This document shows positions 24,847 to 33,084 of a stretch of DNA of 37,902 nucleotides, one piece after another. Numbering within the stretch: position 1 is the stretch's first letter; each line of letters opens with the position of its first letter. The stretch is from IMG/VR virus record IMGVR_UViG_3300035183_000083. One strand, given 5' to 3'. The position numbers were made by a program, and so were the translations under genes. Source of the stretch: an uncultured virus (IMG/VR IMGVR_UViG_3300035183_000083) (taxonomy: Duplodnaviria > Heunggongvirae > Uroviricota > Caudoviricetes). The notes beneath the pieces are model-generated. The model made no database searches, had not been told where the DNA came from, and saw only the letters and a program-made list of their open reading frames with translations.

Positions 24847-25356
24847 ATGAGCAACAGCAACAACAGCGACAATAATGGTAAGCCTAAAGGTCCTCCAGAC
24901 CTACTAGACCCAAATGGTAATTTACCGTCAATAATAAACCCCGCGGACCTAAAGAAGGTAGAGACCAAGTACTTTTTGGTAGTGTTCACCACCAGGGTTA
25001 AATTATTGATGACCAATAATGGCCTGCTGGATTGGGCGGCTATAAAGCCATATGTTCAGCAAGCCTTATTACCTGATGTAGTGGAGGCTGACCAAAACCC
25101 CAGTCATATACCACAGCTATTTAAGCTGGCTAAGACCTGTTTGTGTAGAGCGTGGTCTTCCTACCCACAATGATACCGGGTAATAGATGTGATCCACAAG
25201 GAAATAGACCTAAGTTTTACCAGTAAGGGTCAAGACCTTTGTTTGATCGTAGACCTAAATCAAAATGTAAAGGATGGTACGACCGGCGGCTGCTCCAATA
25301 CCGCCCCGAAGACCTTTACTGTGCCTACAGACTGCACCTTACAGAAGTACCATTAA
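24847..25356 (+). pseudogene. QueD/PTPS-like T-fold gene interrupted by one in-frame TGA (or a read-through gene)
   Basis: The annotated 108-aa ORF stops at TGA 25171. The same frame stays open for 60 more codons to TAA 25354-25356, ending 20 nt before the next ATG. The NNGLLDWAAIKPYVQQAL...QNPSH pattern is PTPS-like. Confidence 0.45.
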
Positions 25357-25376
25357 CATCACAAGGACCTATACCA

Positions 25377-26552
25377 ATGAGCATATTTGTAACCTCGGCT
25401 TCCACCAAGTCTAGCCACTTCACCTTCTCAGCCCAGTCTAAGGACTTGGAGGCTACGATGACAAAGGTGGCTTCCGTGCTTAATACCTCTTCGGACAACA
25501 AGTCCGGATCCAAGAACTTCTTTATCTTAAGCCAGGAAAAGAAGATCCTTGTCATAGGGTACACCTCAGATACGATGGCTGCCGCTGTTGTACCTAATGC
25601 TGTGGCACACGATAAAGAGGGGATCATTGGCATCGACCATGAACGTCTGGCCGGTGTCATAAAGGGCAGGGCTGTCCTGGACTACAAATTCAACGGAAAT
25701 GAGCTTGAGTTCAAGGCTACTAAGGGTCAATACTCAGGTAAGATAGTTTTGTTGCCTATCACTAAAGATCAGGTGACCTACCTGGTAGACATGCTCAAGC
25801 CTAAGAAGGAAAAAGACGTTAAGGAAACGTTGCTATCGAAGGAAGTGTTGGCCAAGCTTAAGGAAGGCGTAGCCCTGTCCTCCGTGGTAGACCTACACAC
25901 GGATCAAGCGTTGCTTAGTCACATTACAATCACGGATAGCTCTATCACCGTCTTCACTTTCGACAGTGTGCATTTCGGACACTACACGTCCAAGCTGTCT
26001 AAAGGCAGACCTATTCAAATGGCTATGCCAACCAAGTACTTCCCCTTATTGAACAGGATGGTTGAGGAGGATAAAGTACGTGTCTACCTTAGACCGAAGT
26101 CTATAGAGGTACATGGAGAGTCTTTCGTCATGCAACTACCTTCGGTGCACACAAAAGCAGACAATTATCAGTTAATACCAGACTACCTAGCTAGCCTAAA
26201 GCCTGACGCTAAGCTGGAGCTGGATGTAGAAGTCCTGAGTGCCTTGATCGCCAACATGGTGTCTCTACACACTGCCAACAGCACCTTAAACTTCTCATAT
26301 TCGGACAAGGAGAAGCTGAAGGTGACATTTAGCACGGCTAACGGGTCGGCGTCCGATTCTTTGAAGGTCAAGCCTATTACATTCAAAGCGATCAATGCTA
26401 AAGTTGACCCGAACTTGGTCAAAGACCTCATTCGTTTGATTAAGGTGAAGGGTAAGGTAACCATGTCTATTCAAGCAGATAAGATGCTTGCCCTTGAGTA
26501 CAAGGACAAGGGAAAGGGAACTGCCGTAACCCTTGTCACCTCTCTTGTTTAA
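25377..26552 (+). CDS. DnaN-like DNA sliding clamp (beta-clamp fold)
   Basis: 391 aa from ATG 25377 (AAGGA RBS). Three ~125-aa beta-alpha-beta-beta-beta repeats, with ITVFTFDSVHFG at the ATDGHRL position; lies in the replication block. Confidence 0.6.
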   Translation: MSIFVTSASTKSSHFTFSAQSKDLEATMTKVASVLNTSSDNKSGSKNFFILSQEKKILVIGYTSDTMAAAVVPNAVAHDKEGIIGIDHERLAGVIKGRAVLDYKFNGNELEFKATKGQYSGKIVLLPITKDQVTYLVDMLKPKKEKDVKETLLSKEVLAKLKEGVALSSVVDLHTDQALLSHITITDSSITVFTFDSVHFGHYTSKLSKGRPIQMAMPTKYFPLLNRMVEEDKVRVYLRPKSIEVHGESFVMQLPSVHTKADNYQLIPDYLASLKPDAKLELDVEVLSALIANMVSLHTANSTLNFSYSDKEKLKVTFSTANGSASDSLKVKPITFKAINAKVDPNLVKDLIRLIKVKGKVTMSIQADKMLALEYKDKGKGTAVTLVTSLV

Positions 26553-26566
26553 GCCTAAGCACATAA

Positions 26567-26983
26567 ATGGCTAAAGCTAAAAAAGGAGAAACTAAAAACT
26601 TTGATGTGACATCAAAGCCGACAAGGACGTTTTTTAGCTTAGGGAAGAAAAACGGAGTGGCTACTATTGTGTATCTCGCAATACGGCCGCTCCATGAAAA
26701 CCTGACTTTTGGGCAACCAGTTCAAGTGTCTGGCTACTTGAGTTACAAATTGGTCTATAACTACCCTAACATTGTAGTAGGGTCTGTCTTTATGACCTTG
26801 GCTAGTAAAACAGAACATACCCCGTTCAAGCTAGCCGTCTGTAACGACAAACGTGAGCTACCTCCTTACTTTGCCCCGAACTTTTATTTAGAAAAACTGG
26901 GCGTTGTCATGCTGGTTTCCCCCGACAGTTCAGTATTGGTGATACCTACCGAGGTAGAATCACCCCTTATAGTTAAGGTCTAA
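26567..26983 (+). CDS. Hypothetical protein
   Basis: 138-aa ORF within the operon. Confidence 0.65.
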   Translation: MAKAKKGETKNFDVTSKPTRTFFSLGKKNGVATIVYLAIRPLHENLTFGQPVQVSGYLSYKLVYNYPNIVVGSVFMTLASKTEHTPFKLAVCNDKRELPPYFAPNFYLEKLGVVMLVSPDSSVLVIPTEVESPLIVKV

Positions 26984-26993
26984 AGGTGCAACA

Positions 26994-27533
26994 ATGGCTA
27001 TAAAGAAAGACCTAAAGCCGGTAATACATAAGTTGAAGCAGGACTCACGGTTTAAGAAACTCAAAAACGTATTTGATTCGCTTCCAGTGTACCAGATACC
27101 TATTGATACTCTTATGACCGAGGTTGAATCAGCGCATAAGATGCGGAGCGTGAGGCGTCTTAGCACGTCCAGCAGTGACTTCATGCAGGCGGTAGTAGAC
27201 GCCAACATATTCGACCAGACACAGAGGTCGCGTATGGCTGAAATCCAAATGACCTGCTTGAAAGCAACTAATAAGTTGCAATCAGCCATCACAGCCTTAA
27301 AAGATCACCTTATCCTAGCCTATGCTGAGGAACTTAAGGTCGTTCGTACCAAGGAAGAGCGGACTATGATAGTCAATGCAGCTTTAAGGGACTTCAATAA
27401 GTACATTGACCGTGTTTCCATCCTGAGGGAAATGACCCAGATAGTAATATCGGACATCGACAAGGCTGGATGGTCATTGTCTAGGACTATTGATGCTTTA
27501 TCTGTACTGAACAAGCCGGAGCGCACTATATGA
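26994..27533 (+). CDS. Helical protein, possibly a UvsY-like recombination mediator
   Basis: 179 aa, all-helical. The C-terminal IVISDIDKAGWSLSRTID resembles the T4 UvsY C-terminus (ALDAIKSRGFAIKHIQD); close to the UvsW-like helicase. Confidence 0.4.
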   Translation: MAIKKDLKPVIHKLKQDSRFKKLKNVFDSLPVYQIPIDTLMTEVESAHKMRSVRRLSTSSSDFMQAVVDANIFDQTQRSRMAEIQMTCLKATNKLQSAITALKDHLILAYAEELKVVRTKEERTMIVNAALRDFNKYIDRVSILREMTQIVISDIDKAGWSLSRTIDALSVLNKPERTI

Positions 27534-27787
27534 TGGTGATCCTCAAGCAGAAGCCACAAACTGGCCCTATGTCGAGACCGTTAGGACTAAATGGGCACTC
27601 TGGCCTTATAGACCAGGTAGATGAATGGATTGTAGCCACGGACATGCACGATGCTAGACGGCAGGCAGAGGATAGGGGTTGGACGGATCTAGCTGCCGCC
27701 TGTTATCGCATGGAGTTTTTACCTCCTCCTGGTAAATATTCTGTATCACATGGCGATTACATAGTGTTAGTTGGCAGCGGTCGGTAA
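27530..27787 (+). CDS. Hypothetical protein
   Basis: 85-aa ORF with an ATGA overlap and a GGAG RBS. Confidence 0.6.
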   Translation: MMVILKQKPQTGPMSRPLGLNGHSGLIDQVDEWIVATDMHDARRQAEDRGWTDLAAACYRMEFLPPPGKYSVSHGDYIVLVGSGR

Positions 27788-27841
27788 ATCTTCTCGTGAC
27801 CGCACTGTTAAGGTCTCATAACAATCAAACTGGTGTAAAGC

Positions 27842-29455
27842 ATGGCTATAAGTTCTAATGCAGTGGTGGTCAGAGAGGCCGTCTATGTTCCTGAGTCTAT
27901 CTTAGTATCTCCGGAAAAGGTGTTAAAAGCATACGCAAGGAGAATGTATGATAACGCCGCGTGTAACAAGTGCGAGAATAAGCCTGAACGACACAATTAC
28001 GTGTGCGATACCTGCGAAGCCTATCAAGGTATGATTAAGCTGGCGAAGCGGCGAGAAGTCAAAGGTGTTGAATACATAGTGGTTCCCGTGGGAGATAAGT
28101 CAAATTTCGAGAAGAAGACCGGCTTAGCTTTTGATGAAATCAAGGTAGTGGATCGTAGGAACAACTTAGACTTTGAGTACCGGGTTAAATTCATAGCTAA
28201 GTTAAGGTCTCACCAAGAAGAACTGCAAAAGACCTTCTTGAAAAAGAAGTACGGGTTAATAGAGGCTCCACCGCGCTTTGGTAAAACTATTACCGCTATT
28301 AGCACAATCCTTAAACTTGGGAAGGTTGCTCTCGTGTTGGCGGCGCAACACGAGTACCTCGAACAGTTCATGGATCATATACATGGAAATGAGAAGGAAG
28401 GAATCCCTAAGTGCACCAACTTGCCTGAGTTGGAACGTAAGCACAAGAAAAAGTTATACGGAATTCCTAAGAAAGAGCAGGACTTCAAAGATTTTCAATT
28501 AATGTTTATTACCTATCAAAGTCTGTTGGACACTAAGAACGGTAGGCAAAGACTTAAATGGTTAAACAAGAGGGTTTCAACTCTATGTATTGATGAGGTC
28601 GATCAAGGTAACGCTACTGAATTCTCCCGAGTCATATCTAAGATTGCATCTAGGTACAAGTTTGGTGTCACTGGTACCATCGAAAGAAAAGACAAAAAGC
28701 ATTTTATTGCAAAAGCCTTAATTGGGCCAGTTGTAGCTAAGTCTAGTGTAGAAGCTCTAACGCCTACCGTATACGTGCATGACACAGGTATCCAGACAAA
28801 GCGATACAACGCGGGGAAGCGCAGTTGGGTTTTTGCTATGCAACACCTGTGCAATCACGAAAAGCGAAACAAGATGATTGTTGAGCAGGTCATCAAAGAC
28901 CTTAAGAAAGGTCACAACATCGTTATACCGCTTTTTTATAAAAAGCATGTCTACACTTTACGGGACATGATTAACGAAACTTGGGGGTCTGAGATATGTG
29001 ACGTATTTGTAGGTGGTGCTGGTAAGAAAAGTAAGGAGGAGAGAAAGAAGATTTTGGCTAAAGCCAAGCAGAATAAACTGAGAGTCATTGTAGGCATACG
29101 GCGCCTCCTCTATAGAGGTCTCAATGTTCCTACCTGGAGTTGCATCTATACTGTAGCTCCTATTTCCAACAAGCCTAACTACAAGCAAGAGACTAGGCGT
29201 GTCTGTACCCCGATGGAAGGCAAGAACACGCCGATTGTACGCATATTCATTGATAGGTCTATGGGCCAGTCACTAGGATGTGGTCGCAATTGCATACGAC
29301 ACTGCGTGGAGTTCGGATACAACTTTTCTAAGAAACGGCAGCAAAAGGAATTGGTGCGGGACTTACTGGACTATGGCAAGCGCAAGTTTGTTACAGACGG
29401 TATTCAAGTTAGCGATGATGACCTAGACTTCAAGGTATACAGACGAAAAGGCTAG
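27842..29455 (+). CDS. SF2 DExD helicase (UvsW-like) with N-terminal zinc finger
   Basis: EAPPRFGKT, IDEVD, GVTGTIERKD, RGLNVP and KQETRRV motifs; CNKC...CDTC near the N-terminus. Confidence 0.88.
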   Translation: MAISSNAVVVREAVYVPESILVSPEKVLKAYARRMYDNAACNKCENKPERHNYVCDTCEAYQGMIKLAKRREVKGVEYIVVPVGDKSNFEKKTGLAFDEIKVVDRRNNLDFEYRVKFIAKLRSHQEELQKTFLKKKYGLIEAPPRFGKTITAISTILKLGKVALVLAAQHEYLEQFMDHIHGNEKEGIPKCTNLPELERKHKKKLYGIPKKEQDFKDFQLMFITYQSLLDTKNGRQRLKWLNKRVSTLCIDEVDQGNATEFSRVISKIASRYKFGVTGTIERKDKKHFIAKALIGPVVAKSSVEALTPTVYVHDTGIQTKRYNAGKRSWVFAMQHLCNHEKRNKMIVEQVIKDLKKGHNIVIPLFYKKHVYTLRDMINETWGSEICDVFVGGAGKKSKEERKKILAKAKQNKLRVIVGIRRLLYRGLNVPTWSCIYTVAPISNKPNYKQETRRVCTPMEGKNTPIVRIFIDRSMGQSLGCGRNCIRHCVEFGYNFSKKRQQKELVRDLLDYGKRKFVTDGIQVSDDDLDFKVYRRKG

Positions 29456-29459
29456 TTAA

Positions 29460-29470
29460 ACTGTAAAATA
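29460..29470 (+). promoter_or_regulatory. Candidate middle/replication promoter motif (TGTAAA class)
   Basis: ACTGTAAAATA in a 38-nt intergenic gap. Confidence 0.45.
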
Positions 29471-29493
29471 AGGCGAATCATAGCATAAGGCTT

Positions 29494-30135
29494 ATGGCAA
29501 TGAAAACAAAGAAGATAGATCCGAACAATCTAGTCATATCAGGATTTGATAGGCTCATGGAAAGAGCTTTGGTTGCTCGTGGTGTCCCTATGTTGGACAT
29601 ACTGGAATGCAAGGGTAGACTAGACTTGGAGGAATCAATAATTAAAATTGACCAGTCTATCGAACGAATACCCGTTAAGATCATATCTCCAGCTAAGCAA
29701 ATGAGGGCCTTAAGGTCAATTCTAAAACACCCTTACGACCGTAAGCCATACACGCTTGGTATTTCAAGCTACCCCACTGACCAAAAAGCCAAGCAGTTGG
29801 CCATACACCTAATGGCTATTGCGATACAAGCACAGCAAGAAAGGCCAGTGAAAGGTAGGGCGATGCCCATGTGGCATCGAGTATACGGCGGGTTTGGTGA
29901 CGCTTTGCGAGACAAAGAGTCCACAGACTTGATGCCTAGTATGTTGTTCATAGCCAATTTAACGGACATGTCTCAGCCTAACAAAGTGGAAAAGGTGCGG
30001 GACTTACTGGAAAAGTTTTCACACATACCTAGGGTAGTGATTTCAGGTGGTGAATCTCCGGTAGGCATATTCGCCAATAAGCTACGTAGCCCTTTAACAG
30101 CAGGCATTTACTTAGGCCCAGAAGCGTATGTCTGA
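29494..30135 (+). CDS. Hypothetical protein, possibly a degenerate DnaC/IstB-like P-loop fold
   Basis: 213 aa. The order YTLGISS...MLFIANL...VRDLLEKFSHIPRVVISG resembles a DnaC-like AAA+ core, but the Walker A GKT and Walker B DD are absent. Confidence 0.45.
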   Translation: MAMKTKKIDPNNLVISGFDRLMERALVARGVPMLDILECKGRLDLEESIIKIDQSIERIPVKIISPAKQMRALRSILKHPYDRKPYTLGISSYPTDQKAKQLAIHLMAIAIQAQQERPVKGRAMPMWHRVYGGFGDALRDKESTDLMPSMLFIANLTDMSQPNKVEKVRDLLEKFSHIPRVVISGGESPVGIFANKLRSPLTAGIYLGPEAYV

Positions 30136-30544
30136 CCTTAAAATAGGAAACAAAAAGAAGAAGGTCAAGAAGCAGCTCAAGAAGTCCATAAAAGTAGCGG
30201 TAGTTGGTACCCCTTTCACTGGTTTTGAACCCAAGCTAGAGGAGCTCCTTCTGGAGATTACCAAGAAGTTTAAACTAAAGGCCGTAGTAACCATAGCTGA
30301 AAACAAGGTAGGTCGGTTTACACGGAACTTGGCTCGTAAGAACGAGTGGCAAACGAGGGTAGTAAGTGAAGCCTTTAAGGAAGAAATAGGTCATACAGAT
30401 GGAACTGCTAAGGACGTGGCTTTAGGCGCCTTAGGCTGGGCTGCAAACACGTTCATCGTTATAGGGAGTAAAGGGACTAGCAAGGACGCTATAGAGTTAT
30501 GCTTAAGGATGGGCAAACCATTCATTATCTTAGAACCTAAGTGA
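30128..30544 (+). CDS. SLOG-superfamily (YspA/DUF2493-like) protein, divergent
   Basis: KVAVVGT...GSKGTSKDAIELCLRMGKPFIIL matches the SLOG N-terminal strand and C-terminal GT...GKP pattern. Confidence 0.5.
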   Translation: MSDLKIGNKKKKVKKQLKKSIKVAVVGTPFTGFEPKLEELLLEITKKFKLKAVVTIAENKVGRFTRNLARKNEWQTRVVSEAFKEEIGHTDGTAKDVALGALGWAANTFIVIGSKGTSKDAIELCLRMGKPFIILEPK

Positions 30545-30556
30545 GGACTATAGCGT

Positions 30557-30979
30557 ATGTTAAACTCTAATAGTGGAAACTCTGACCCCAACAAAACCGC
30601 CAACAACCTTGACACTATGAGATCAACAGAAGCTTCGACTACCGTTAAGGCCGTCAAGTTGATAACCGGTATGGAACTGGTTGGGAAGGTAGACGATTCC
30701 TACGAAAACTATGACCTTATCCGGCTGGTTAACGTTATCACGCTGACTGCGATGCCTGGACCTAGCGGTGGAATATCTGTAGGTCACGTCCCCGTGATGC
30801 GCCTTGCTGACATAAATCCCGGGCCTGTTCTTTCGGATCTCACCATTCATAAATACGTGGTACTAGGTGACCCCTACCCTGTCTCAAAGTCCGTAGAGGA
30901 GATGTATTACCAGATCACAACTGGACTAGTACTTGGGTACGCAGCACCTGGTGCTGGGCTCTCCAAACCTGGTTTCTAA
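30557..30979 (+). CDS. Phage Sm-like domain protein
   Basis: VKAVKLITGMELVGKV...EEMYYQITTGL matches the KLxxGEExxG Sm-like family of large myoviruses. Confidence 0.5.
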   Translation: MLNSNSGNSDPNKTANNLDTMRSTEASTTVKAVKLITGMELVGKVDDSYENYDLIRLVNVITLTAMPGPSGGISVGHVPVMRLADINPGPVLSDLTIHKYVVLGDPYPVSKSVEEMYYQITTGLVLGYAAPGAGLSKPGF

Positions 30980-31003
30980 GGTCGTAGCTTTGAGACAAAT
31001 ACT

Positions 31004-31717
31004 ATGACAACCAGCAGTACCACAGCAGCGGATAGCACCCCAGTGACCACCAATAAGCACTCTCCTGATTCTGTTGACCAAATCCTATTGTCCGGTTTTC
31101 AAAACATCGTGGCTTGGATATCCCAAGACCCGAAATTTTCTGAATCGGACCGTGCGAATATGCAAGATACGGCTGTTAGGGCGGCCAAGGCTTTTGCATC
31201 TATGGTTGCTCCGGCGGAGCAAGTTCAAGCTAGCCTTACCGAGATACTATCGACTTCTTTTCCCAAGGAAGAAAGCAGCTCGAATAGCCCAGGCATGGTG
31301 TGTCAAGGACCTATTAGGGTCCACAGCATGTGTCCTCACCATTTAATGCTGGTTGAGTATGAGGTATTTGCCGCGTACATACCTGCCAGTAACGGTAATA
31401 TCCTCGGCCTATCCAAGATAGCACGGTTAGTCACTACGCTAGCAAAGAGACCCGTTCTTCAAGAACAGCTGGCTTGCGACATCGCCGATGTACTATGTAC
31501 TGTCCTTGGGTCAGAATCTCAAAGATTTAAAGGGATAGAGAGCCAAGGTTCGGCTGTGTTACTGGTTGGTAGGCATAGCTGCATGAGCTGTAGGGGCGTG
31601 GAATCTGATGCTCTTACGTCTACGACCGAAATAAGGGGCTTGTTCCATAACCCGGAAATGGAACTAAAGTTTTACCAATCTGTAAACAGATTGAACGAAT
31701 CACTTTTGAGGAGGTAG
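31004..31717 (+). CDS. folE: GTP cyclohydrolase I
   Basis: SMCPHHL, AYIP, LGLSKIARLV, KRPVLQE and HSCMSCRGV motifs, including the Zn ligands. Confidence 0.95.
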   Translation: MTTSSTTAADSTPVTTNKHSPDSVDQILLSGFQNIVAWISQDPKFSESDRANMQDTAVRAAKAFASMVAPAEQVQASLTEILSTSFPKEESSSNSPGMVCQGPIRVHSMCPHHLMLVEYEVFAAYIPASNGNILGLSKIARLVTTLAKRPVLQEQLACDIADVLCTVLGSESQRFKGIESQGSAVLLVGRHSCMSCRGVESDALTSTTEIRGLFHNPEMELKFYQSVNRLNESLLRR

Positions 31718-31719
31718 GT

Positions 31720-32742
31720 ATGAGCCTTGGTAATAGCACTGGCATCAGCGGCGTTAGTAGCATAAGTGGCAAAAGGTCTATGTACGTCACCGGTGTGTCC
31801 GCCGTTGACCATGCGTACATAGATGTCAATGGTAATCTAATGGGAGGTACTATCAACCCTACCTTTCTGTTGGAAGGAGCACTGGACAAGAGAGAAAATG
31901 TCCTAGTTGACTTCTCTACGTGCAAAAAACAGATCAAAGCGTGCCTAGATGACCGTGATAACGGATTCGACCACAAACTGTGGATCTTGGAGAATTCAGG
32001 GTGTATTGTTGAGCAAGGGAAAGGTGATACGGTTAGGGTGCTTTCTGATACCTTGGACTTGTACTTACCCAGCAATGCGATTAAGTTCATACCTGAGGTA
32101 TCTACATATAGTGCCTCGCTTATCCAGAACCATCTGACCAAGGTTGTACAAGCTCTGTTCGATAAGTCTAATAAAGACCAGGGGTTTAAGGTCAAATGCT
32201 ATTACCAAGATACGCCCACTCTGGCTGACCCCAACTCAGAGTATGCTACATTCACTTACTGTCATGGCTTGAGGGATTCTACATCCTGGGGATGCCAAAA
32301 CATAGCGCACGGGCACTTGTCTTACATTCAGTTGTTGAATGGGAAGCAAAGCCTTAATTGGCTCAATCACCTGGAAGGGCCAGTTACTCCTAAGGATACG
32401 GAGGTTAGCCCTTGGCTTGGGAGTGAGCAACAAAGCTTAAGGATTGAGATAGCCAATTTCTTGGACAGGTCTATCTTCGTATGGGCCGACAACATTGAAC
32501 ATCAATCGGCAGATGGTGTGATGGTCATATACGAGTCCAGGGACAGGGGTGAGTTCTCCTTGTATTTGGATAAATCCAGGTGTAAGGTCGTGGTGACCGA
32601 AGAAGAAACTACAGTGGAAAACCTTGCGGTCCATGTAGCGAAACACTTCTACCACCAATTGGTGTCAGTTGACATTCGTACTATTGTGCTAAGTGAAGGT
32701 CTATGCAAAGGCTCTTACGTAGATTTGGAGGATTTGAAATAA
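31720..32742 (+). CDS. queD: QueD-like 6-carboxytetrahydropterin synthase (tandem T-fold, long form)
   Basis: VDFSTCKKQIK...GFDHKL, YCHGL...GCQNIAHGH, ETTVENLA and SEGLCKG motifs; directly downstream of folE. Confidence 0.82.
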   Translation: MSLGNSTGISGVSSISGKRSMYVTGVSAVDHAYIDVNGNLMGGTINPTFLLEGALDKRENVLVDFSTCKKQIKACLDDRDNGFDHKLWILENSGCIVEQGKGDTVRVLSDTLDLYLPSNAIKFIPEVSTYSASLIQNHLTKVVQALFDKSNKDQGFKVKCYYQDTPTLADPNSEYATFTYCHGLRDSTSWGCQNIAHGHLSYIQLLNGKQSLNWLNHLEGPVTPKDTEVSPWLGSEQQSLRIEIANFLDRSIFVWADNIEHQSADGVMVIYESRDRGEFSLYLDKSRCKVVVTEEETTVENLAVHVAKHFYHQLVSVDIRTIVLSEGLCKGSYVDLEDLK

Positions 32743-32930
32743 TGCGTGACGAACTTAATAGCTTGCTAAAGGCTAATGCCGAAGCGTTGGGTATCCCCGG
32801 CCATCGTGCTGAGGTCAGTAAGTCAGGAGCAAACCTTAGTTGGATCCGTCGTATATTAAAAGATAAGAAAGGCGTTCCCGACAGGATTAGGGAGATCCTT
32901 CAGTCACCCGACCATTCTATCCTAAGCTAG
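32742..32930 (+). CDS. Small hypothetical protein (62 aa)
   Basis: ATG 32742 overlaps the queD TAA; GGAGG at 32727; followed by a terminator. Confidence 0.6.
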   Translation: MRDELNSLLKANAEALGIPGHRAEVSKSGANLSWIRRILKDKKGVPDRIREILQSPDHSILS

Positions 32931-32960
32931 ACCTCAGCTTAGGGACTGATCCTACACATT

Positions 32961-32991
32961 AAAAGGCTCTGTCTGGCTGACAGAGCCTTTT
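32961..32991. terminator. Bidirectional rho-independent terminator
   Basis: Perfect 13-bp inverted repeat AAAAGGCTCTGTC-TGGCT-GACAGAGCCTTTT. Confidence 0.88.
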
Positions 32992-33084
32992 CCTGCCTTT
33001 GGTCTCCTAAATAATTTAAAATACCTGATTCCAATAACACAGACAGACGTACATTAAGACCTTTACCACCATGCGTGGGGTTAT

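Noticed and set aside
25171..25230. Selenocysteine insertion at the TGA
   Set aside because: No convincing bacterial SECIS hairpin directly downstream and no redox-motif context.
30980..31003. preQ1 riboswitch upstream of the que/fol genes
   Set aside because: Gaps before queE, folE and queD are 0-24 nt with no preQ1 stem-loop or A-rich tail.
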